A stretch of 64,000 bases of DNA from positions 160,001-224,000 of the forward strand of contig CAVRCJ010000010.1 of NCBI GenBank assembly GCA_963719515.1, in the 5' to 3' direction. Positions within the stretch are counted from its first letter, which is position 1, and every line of letters starts with the position of its first letter. Under the pieces are notes generated by a model, which worked only from the letters and a program-made list of their open reading frames with translations, made no database searches and had not been told where the DNA came from. This document shows, one piece after another, positions 57,384-64,000 of the stretch. This stretch comes from an uncultured cyanobacterium. GTDB taxonomy: Bacteria; Cyanobacteriota; Cyanobacteriia; CAKZMO01. The translations under genes and the position numbers were made by a program.

Positions 57384-58631
57384 ATGACCACAACAACCCC
57401 TGACAAGGTCGCAGCGCCTCCGAAGTCCGCTCAGCCTGGCCCAGGAGAATGGCTGAAGGAGAACTTATTTAACGGCTGGTTCAACAGCTTGCTGACAATA
57501 GTGGTCGGTGCCATTCTGCTTTTTGCGGCCTGGGGCATCGTGAGCTGGGCCTTCACCACCGCCCAGTGGCGGGTCATCCCCAATAACTTAGGCCTGTTTA
57601 TGACCGGGCTTTACCCCCGGGAGATGTACTGGCGCATGTGGACGCTGTTCGGCATGGTGCTCACGCTAGCCGGGGTGAGCTTTGGAGTCCTAACACGCGA
57701 CTCGGCTAAGCTGCTGACGCGCCCGATGCTGATTGCCTTAGGGATATTGGTTGCCCTTATCCTCATCATTCCGGCGGTCACCGGTTCAGAGGAGGGACCA
57801 GGGCTGCTAACGGCCTTAAGCGCTTCCGTACTGGTGGCGCTAGTGGCCATCACTGTGGCAGCGGCGTTTATTGGTCGCACCGTCACCCAGAAGTCCCCAG
57901 GCTTAGCGCAGTGGCTGCCGCTGGCCTGGTTCCTCTCCTACATTGTGGCCCTATGGCTATTGGGAGGTGGCTTGGGCATTGAGTCAGTACGCTCAAACGA
58001 CTGGGGCGGCCTGGTGCTGACCCTGATTTTGGCGGTGACCGGCATCGCCCTGTGTTTTCCCATCGGGGTTGTCTTGGCCCTAGGGCGACGCAGCGAACTA
58101 CCCATCGTCCGCTGGCTGTCGGTGGCCTATATCGAGCTGGTGCGGGGGACGCCGCTGATCGCCATTTTGTTTATGGGGCAGGTGATGATCCCCTTGTTTT
58201 TGCCGGAAGGGGCCCGCCCGGACCGCATCATCCGCGCCGTCATCGCCCTGACCATCTTTAGCTCGGCTTACCTGGCGGAAAACGTGCGGGCGGGTCTGCA
58301 GGCGGTGCCCCGAGGGCAGACCGAGGCGTCTATTTCCCTAGGTCTCAACAAGCCGCTGACGGTGGCGTTCATTGTCCTGCCCCAGGCCCTGAAGACCGCT
58401 ATCCCGGCGGTGGTGGGTCAGTTCATCAGTCTATTTCAGGACACTACCCTGCTCGCGACCCTGGGCCTAATTGAGCTCCTGGGCATCAGTAACTCGGTGC
58501 TGGCCAACCCCAGCTATCTGGGGCGCTACATGGAGGTGTATCTGTTTATTGGGGTAATCTACTGGTTCTTCTGCTACGCCATGTCGCTAGGCAGTCGCCG
58601 CATCGAGAAGCAGCTCAATACGGGCCATTAA
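57384..58631 (+). CDS. natH: Amino-acid ABC permease (AapM/NatH)
   Basis: WGGL, RGTPLI, AENVRAG and QDTTL. Confidence 0.9.
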   Translation: MTTTTPDKVAAPPKSAQPGPGEWLKENLFNGWFNSLLTIVVGAILLFAAWGIVSWAFTTAQWRVIPNNLGLFMTGLYPREMYWRMWTLFGMVLTLAGVSFGVLTRDSAKLLTRPMLIALGILVALILIIPAVTGSEEGPGLLTALSASVLVALVAITVAAAFIGRTVTQKSPGLAQWLPLAWFLSYIVALWLLGGGLGIESVRSNDWGGLVLTLILAVTGIALCFPIGVVLALGRRSELPIVRWLSVAYIELVRGTPLIAILFMGQVMIPLFLPEGARPDRIIRAVIALTIFSSAYLAENVRAGLQAVPRGQTEASISLGLNKPLTVAFIVLPQALKTAIPAVVGQFISLFQDTTLLATLGLIELLGISNSVLANPSYLGRYMEVYLFIGVIYWFFCYAMSLGSRRIEKQLNTGH

Positions 58632-58745
58632 ACGGTGCCTCGGGTTCGCCCTCTGCTAGGAGGCGAGCCCCAACAAGTCATGCTCACCCTAGGCCAAACC
58701 GCTTTTGGGTGACGCCATTAAAAACTATATTTAGGAGAAAATCCA

Positions 58746-59531
58746 ATGGCTGTATCTGAAACCTATACCGATCCCACAGCCGCTCAAAACGGCAGTGGTG
58801 GTCCTGTAATCGTCGCTACAGGCGTAGAAAAGTGGTACGGCGCTTTTCACGTCCTCAAAGGGGTAGACCTCACCGTCAACAAAGGGGAGGTGGTGGTGGT
58901 CATGGGACCTTCTGGTTCGGGTAAATCTACCTTTATTCGCACCTTCAACGCCCTGGAGACTTACCAAAAAGGCAGCATCGTCATTGACGGCGTCAAGATT
59001 TCCCACGACCTTAAGGATATCGAGTCCATCCGCCGTGAGGTGGGCATGGTGTTTCAGCAGTTCAACCTGTTTCCCCATTTGACGGTGCTCAAGAACGTGA
59101 CCCTGGCTCCCATCTGGGTGCGCCGCTGGGCCAAGGCCAAGGCCGAAGAAGAAGCCATGCGTCTGCTGGAGCGGGTGGGCATTCTGGAGCAGGCCAAGAA
59201 GTATCCGGGGCAGCTCTCCGGCGGTCAGCAGCAGCGGGTGGCTATAGCTCGGGCTCTGGCCATGAAGCCGAAGGTGATGCTGTTTGACGAGCCGACATCG
59301 GCCCTAGACCCCGAGATGGTGCGGGAGGTGCTGGACGTGATGCGCGGCCTGGCCGATGAGGGGATGACCATGGTGGTGGTGACCCACGAGGTGGGCTTTG
59401 CCCGTGAGGTGGCGGACCGGGTGGTGTTGATGGATGGGGGCGTGCTGGTGGAGGATGCGAAGCCGGAGGCGTTCTTTAATAACCCGCAGGAAGAGCGATC
59501 GAGGAAGTTCTTGTCTCAGATTTGTAAATAG
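58746..59531 (+). CDS. bgtA: Amino-acid ABC ATP-binding protein (AapP/BgtA)
   Basis: [25 protein letters not shown] and DEPTSALDP. Confidence 0.9.
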   Translation: MAVSETYTDPTAAQNGSGGPVIVATGVEKWYGAFHVLKGVDLTVNKGEVVVVMGPSGSGKSTFIRTFNALETYQKGSIVIDGVKISHDLKDIESIRREVGMVFQQFNLFPHLTVLKNVTLAPIWVRRWAKAKAEEEAMRLLERVGILEQAKKYPGQLSGGQQQRVAIARALAMKPKVMLFDEPTSALDPEMVREVLDVMRGLADEGMTMVVVTHEVGFAREVADRVVLMDGGVLVEDAKPEAFFNNPQEERSRKFLSQICK

Positions 59532-59828
59532 TCCGGACACTTTTCTGGGCAAGCGCTGAAACTATTGATTTCTCGTTAGCCGAGCTGCTGTAGAAGAGGC
59601 CTGAAACCCGCATTCCACTGTTAGCCACCGAAAACGTCCGGAGTGTTGTAAGCGCTGAGATATTGAACATGACCTGTGAGGCTCTGGGGCTCGATAATGA
59701 GTTCTGGAGCTTCGCTACGACGATTTGTTCCCCCGGTGACAAGGCAACTGTAGTGATGGCCACTGGTGGCGATCGCCTCGCGATAGCTTTGCTCTTATCG
59801 CTCCTTGACTGCATGCCTCTGTACTCAT

Positions 59829-60161
59829 TCAATACAGCGTGAGCATGCCCGCTTGAGGATCAGCGGCGAGGGCTTGAATGTCCAATAGATGCCGTCGCAA
59901 AATGGCTTCAATTTCGTTCGTGCTGCAGTTGCCGCGTCGTATCCACACGATCTTAGGCGGGAAGCCTTTGAGCTGCATCAAGTCGTTGTAATCGTTGTCG
60001 CGGGTAACGATTGTGAAACCCTGCTCCTGGGCGTAGCGCCATACTTCAATATCTTCGGCTTCTGCCATATCGAGGCGGTAGACATGGGCGGATTCTGGAA
60101 ATAGGTCGGCGATGCGATCGACTAATCGCGGCGAGAGGTTGTGATCAAAGAGTAGTTTCAT
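59829..60161 (-). CDS. DUF5615 PIN-like toxin
   Basis: MKLLFDHNLS, D..VW, IVTRDND and PPKIVW. Confidence 0.88.
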   Translation of the reverse strand: MKLLFDHNLSPRLVDRIADLFPESAHVYRLDMAEAEDIEVWRYAQEQGFTIVTRDNDYNDLMQLKGFPPKIVWIRRGNCSTNEIEAILRRHLLDIQALAADPQAGMLTLY

Positions 60162-60382
60162 GCCTGTATGGCTAGGGTCTGTCTCTCGCGATCAGCAGCA
60201 TACTGTAGGCAGGCTAGGATGTCTGCTTGGGTGAGATAGGGGAAATCTTCTAGGATTTCGGCGTAGGTCATACCTGAGGCGAGGTATGACAATACATCGT
60301 AAACGGTGATTCGCATGCCTCGGATGCAGGGTTTTCCGCTGCGCTTGCCGGGTTCAATGGTGATGATGTCTTTGTAGTTCAT
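60158..60382 (-). CDS. DUF433 antitoxin
   Basis: SGKPCIRGMRITV and EILEDFPYL; 4-bp overlap with the toxin gene. Confidence 0.9.
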   Translation of the reverse strand: MNYKDIITIEPGKRSGKPCIRGMRITVYDVLSYLASGMTYAEILEDFPYLTQADILACLQYAADRERQTLAIQA

Positions 60383-60469
60383 AATCTATGGGCTAGACGA
60401 TAGATTCGGGGGCGGCTAGTTGCGTTTTGATGGCCTCAGCTATCAGCTCGAAGTGCTTTTGCTCGATTC

Positions 60470-60670
60470 TCAATTACTTTCGCAATGTTTGTCCAAACTT
60501 GGTCGCGATCGCTTGTTGTCCTGGTGATCCAGCAACGAAGAAACCGCAATCTCAACCACTAGATTAGGGGCCGGATAGCGGTTTAAATCCACCACCGCCG
60601 TTTCCCTAGGGAGGGACTTAGAGGACTTATCCGAATAGATTCCTCCAGCATATCGCTCTATACCCTGCAT
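60470..60670 (-). pseudogene. Uma2-family endonuclease fragment
   Basis: YPAPNLVVEIAVSSL..KR resembles the Uma2 PDLxxE core; truncated at both ends. Confidence 0.55.
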
Positions 60671-60709
60671 CCGCTCCCTAACCCATCGCAGCTAGCGACG
60701 GCTACATCG

Positions 60710-61330
60710 TTACACTTTAGCCAAATGATTCAGGATAGAAAGCACCTGGTAAAGCTCGTTTCCTGGATTGAACAAAGAAAATAATTTGGACGTTGCATAC
60801 TGAGCTGTGGGCTGGCGCTGAGCTTTCAAAAACATAAACTCCGTGCCATTAGTCATGAAGCCAAACGTCGGTCGCGTCTGGTTCGGGTTGCCCATCATAT
60901 AGGCTAGGGTTTGAGGTAGGGCACGCGTCACGGCAAAATCGCTGCGCTTTGATTCAATGACGACCAACCAAAGCAAGTCGTTGAGGACGAGGACATCAAT
61001 ACGACCCCGAATGAGGGTGCCTTCATCTTCTAGCGTAATATCGATACTGGTTTCAGTGGTGATGCGAAACGGGCGACGGTAGAAGCCCGCCAAGTCCAAT
61101 AACGGACCTAATACAACCATTTTGACGCTGTTTTCCAGAACTGGCGGATCTTCGAGTAGGTCTAGAAAGTTGCCTTTGACCCGATCAAGCGATCGCTGCT
61201 CAGACTCGCTGACGGTCTCTAGTTTGGCCTGCCACTCAAAAAAGAACTGGGTATCTGCAGCCGGCTGCAGATTGAGCGTCCGTTTGAGGGTCTTCAGGGT
61301 GACTGCTGCGGCAGGAATCGCTTGAACCAT
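60710..61330 (-). CDS. Stand-alone HsdR N-terminal-like PD-(D/E)xK protein
   Basis: E..GRIDVLV..IESK, QTLAYM and TNG..F. Confidence 0.8.
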   Translation of the reverse strand: MVQAIPAAAVTLKTLKRTLNLQPAADTQFFFEWQAKLETVSESEQRSLDRVKGNFLDLLEDPPVLENSVKMVVLGPLLDLAGFYRRPFRITTETSIDITLEDEGTLIRGRIDVLVLNDLLWLVVIESKRSDFAVTRALPQTLAYMMGNPNQTRPTFGFMTNGTEFMFLKAQRQPTAQYATSKLFSLFNPGNELYQVLSILNHLAKV

Positions 61331-61445
61331 GGTGTACCTATCTGCTTTACAGACTTAGAGTGCCTTGTACGGACTGCGATCGCCCCAACAACAGTCTCAT
61401 TCTGCCCCAATTTGCAATGTCAGCGCCCTACAACTTAAAGTCGCT

Positions 61446-61612
61446 CTGTCCGCACTAAAGGTCAACAGCCCCATAGTCAGTTATCGTAGCTGCGCAATAA
61501 AGATCCATCCCTGCACAGCCAATGTACAGCGCCGCACAGTCAATAGGCACGGCTGCGCATCAAAGATCAGCCCATCATATTTTAGTCTGCAGGCCCTGAT
61601 CTCAATGTACAG
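61446..61612. repeat. Degenerate 21-bp periodic repeat
   Basis: Units AGCTGCGCAATAAAGATCCAT / CCCTGCACAGCCAATGTACAG / CGCCGCACAGTCAATAGGCAC / GGCTGCGCATCAAAGATCAGC. Confidence 0.5.
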
Positions 61613-61692
61613 CGATCGCAATAAAACTTTCGGCTGCCCCCTTGCCACCAGCAGCACAAATGCTCTATTCTCTGGAGCTAGAGCCGTGTCCC

Positions 61693-61895
61693 ATGGTTCT
61701 AGTCTCCCAAAGATTCGGTCTGGCGGAGCCGCATGTTGCCGAACACAACATGCAGCCCCTAAGCCACCAAGACAGAAGTAGCTGTCCGGATGACCTTGGT
61801 TGATTGTACCTGAGTCATTTCGAACCTCTTAAAGCGCTTGGAATGTCCGGGTTCTTTGGGGGACTCCAAACCCATACACAAAACTGGAGTCCCTC
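61693..61895 (+). ncRNA. Putative structured cis-regulatory leader RNA
   Basis: Long-range stem 61701-61713/61853-61865, inner hairpins, and an alternative stem 61860-61868/61885-61893 covering the RBS. Confidence 0.55.
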
Positions 61896-62246
61896 ATGAC
61901 AATCCAATACCCCGCGTGGTCCCTTACCCAAGAGGCCGCACAGCTCGCAGTGAGGCAACAGCTCGCTGCGGACAAAGCCGCACGGCTAGATTTCTCCCTT
62001 CGAGGCAGATCCCGCTATCCCCACGCTGCTGGAGCCTTCGCCAGCTCCGGGTGTGAGCATTTACGGCATCTGCTCATCGGCTCTCCCGCTGGCGTACAGG
62101 AGGCGATCGCCCGTCTGCACCTGCTTGACTACGTGGAACGTCACTACTGGACCCCGCTAATTCAGATCACCAGTCGCGGCATCCACATCACCCCTGCCCA
62201 GGGCCAGGTGCTCAGCTACCTGGTGCAGCAGCGGTCTCTTCGATAA
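61896..62246 (+). CDS. Hypothetical protein (116 aa)
   Basis: RBS GGAG at 61886; core EHLRHLLIGSPAGVQEAIARLHLLDYVE..W; hairpin downstream at 62260-62301. Confidence 0.7.
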   Translation: MTIQYPAWSLTQEAAQLAVRQQLAADKAARLDFSLRGRSRYPHAAGAFASSGCEHLRHLLIGSPAGVQEAIARLHLLDYVERHYWTPLIQITSRGIHITPAQGQVLSYLVQQRSLR

Positions 62247-62331
62247 TGGGCTATGGAGCAGCAAAATCGGTAGGAGGCATTGTCTAGCCTACGATTTTGC
62301 TTCAGGGTTGTCCTGCTAAAATAGGCATTGC

Positions 62332-62612
62332 TTGGGGGCAGCCTGCCCCCAAACCCCCGCTGAAGGACGAGCGCGTCCCCCAGACTCTCTCCGCAAGGCC
62401 GTATCCCATTGCCCTTTTCAGTTTAGGTTCGGCCAAGTATCGGCTCCAGGCCTAAAGCTGTAGCTACCTCCACTTGGCGATCGCTCCACCCCTCATCTCT
62501 AGCCAAACCGCACCAAAACCCCCAACCACTCACAAGCAATCCATTATGCAGGGGGCCGCTGGGGGAGGCATTTCGTCCCCCAGCAACGGGGGCTTGGGGG
62601 CCGCGCCCCCAA
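62332..62612. repeat. Pair of inverted GC-rich hairpin repeats
   Basis: TTGGGGGCAGCCTGCCCCCAAACCCCCG (62332-62359) and its inverted counterpart CGGGGGCTTGGGGGCCGCGCCCCCAA (62587-62612). Confidence 0.65.
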
Positions 62613-62640
62613 ATACCATCTCTCACCTCTTCTCCAACAT

Positions 62641-62673
62641 AAAAAAGCGCCCCCGCGATGGGAGGCGCTTTTT
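62641..62673 (-). terminator. Intrinsic (bidirectional) terminator of psbA
   Basis: AAAAAAGCGCCCCC-GCGAT-GGGAGGCGCTTTTT. Confidence 0.85.
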
Positions 62674-62713
62674 CAATTCAAGCTAACTCAAGGATTCGCT
62701 GTGAAGGCGCTTC

Positions 62714-63777
62714 CTAGCCGTTGATGGCAGGTGCCTCAGCAGCAGCAAGGTCAAGCGGGAAGTTGTGAGCGTTGCGCTCGTGCATCACTTCCATACCCAG
62801 GTTGGCGCGGTTGATGATGTCCGCCCAGGTGTTGATGACCCGGCCCTGGCTGTCTAGAACAGACTGGTTGAAGTTGAACCCGTTCAGGTTGAACGCCATC
62901 GTGCTGATGCCCAGCGCCGTGAACCAGATGCCTACGACAGGCCATGCACCCAAGAAGAAGTGCAGTGCGCGTGAGTTGTTGAACGATGCATATTGGAAGA
63001 TCAGGCGGCCGAAGTAGCCGTGCGCTGCAACGATGTTGTAGGTCTCTTCTTCTTGCCCGAACTTGTAGCCGTAGTTCTGGCTCTCGCTCTCAGTCGTCTC
63101 TCGCACCAGTGAAGAGGTCACCAGTGAACCGTGCATCGCGCTGAACAGCGCTCCGCCGAAGACGCCTGCCACACCCAGCATGTGGAAGGGGTGCATCAGG
63201 ATGTTGTGCTCTGCCTGGAACACGAACATGAAGTTGAACGTACCCGAGATGCCTAGCGGCATGCCGTCAGAGAATGAACCCTGTCCGATGGGGTAGATCA
63301 GGAAGACTGCAGATGCCGCTGCAACAGGTGCAGAGTAAGCAACGCAAATCCAGGGGCGCATGCCCAGACGGTAGGATAGTTCCCACTCGCGGCCCATGTA
63401 GCAGAAGACGCCAATCAGGAAGTGGAATACCACCAGCTGGTAAGGTCCGCCGTTGTACAGCCACTCGTCAAGTGATGCTGCTTCCCAGATGGGGTAGAAG
63501 TGAAGACCAATGGCGTTGGATGACGGAACAATTGCACCAGAGATGATGTTGTTGCCGTACATCAGTGAACCTGCAACAGGCTCGCGGATGCCGTCGATGT
63601 CAACGGGAGGAGCCGCCACGAAGGCGATGAGGAAGCAGGTGGTAGCAGCTAAGAGAGTCGGAATCATCAGGACGCCGAACCAGCCTACGTAGAGGCGGTT
63701 GTTGGTGCTGGTGACCCACTCGCAGAACTGCTGCCATACGTTAGCGCAGTAGAGCGCTGCTGTAGGGTAGTAGTCAT
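62714..63777 (-). CDS. psbA: Photosystem II D1 protein (E130 form) with an apparent frameshift near codon 10
   Basis: Canonical MTTTLQQRS start at 63777 is out of frame with [10 protein letters not shown]161, D170, E189, H190, H332, E333, D342 and A344 all present. Confidence 0.97.
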
Positions 63778-63852
63778 AATTGCGGTTGGTGTTATTGATT
63801 GGATGTATTAGGTGGGAGGTCTGTAACCGTTTGGTTGCTTCCCACTGATTCA

Positions 63853-63881
63853 ACATTACAGGGTTTGTAAACAAAAGTAAA
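63853..63881 (-). promoter_or_regulatory. psbA promoter overlapped by an HLR1-like (RpaB) direct repeat
   Basis: Minus strand TTTACT-N17-TAATGT; TTTACTTT-TG-TTTACAAA fits the (G/T)TTACA(T/A)(T/A) direct repeat with one mismatch. Confidence 0.65.
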
Positions 63882-64000
63882 GCGATTCGTTACAAAGCTC
63901 AGCTACTTGGTGTAGCAGCGGCCTCTGCGGTATCGATTTGGAGGGCAGATTAAACCGTTCGTAGGTCGGGCAGTACCCGATCTACCGATTTCATACATCC

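Noticed and set aside
59476..59832. 118-aa minus-strand ORF as a third TA component
   Set aside because: No recognisable motif and it overlaps the bgtA 3' end; probably degraded sequence
62714..63777. Rogue or far-red D1 variant
   Set aside because: All Mn4CaO5 ligands and YZ/H190 are present, indicating a standard D1
63778..63874. N-terminally extended 386-aa D1 from the ORF track
   Set aside because: Artefact of the frameshift; the region is the psbA promoter and 5' UTR, and the canonical start is at 63777

Overview
Chromosomal window from a GC-rich cyanobacterium (frequent HIP1 GCGATCGC; psbA, psbQ, psb29; Leptolyngbya/Nodosilinea-like by general character, not confirmed). It is mostly housekeeping: ilvA, type II NADH dehydrogenase, hemF, cysC, ClC, DnaJ-type chaperone, carotenoid oxygenase, nadC, oxoprolinase, an amino-acid ABC operon with an NtcA box, a full rRNA operon and tRNA-Met. 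Accessory content: two related IS200/IS605 elements (tnpA plus broken tnpB; solo intact tnpB), a probable third IS200/605-type end with a putative ncRNA at the left edge, a bioMNY-acyl-CoA ligase-thiolase cluster, a putative type II R-M pair beside tRNA-Met, and a small island before psbA. That island holds a toxin-antitoxin pair, PD-(D/E)xK genes and a roughly 200-nt structured leader with two mutually exclusive RBS-controlling helices ahead of a small uncharacterised ORF, my best candidate for an undescribed system. D1 has the short, chloroplast-like 9-aa C-terminal extension. Several 1-2 nt indels suggest sequencing errors, so pseudogene calls are provisional.
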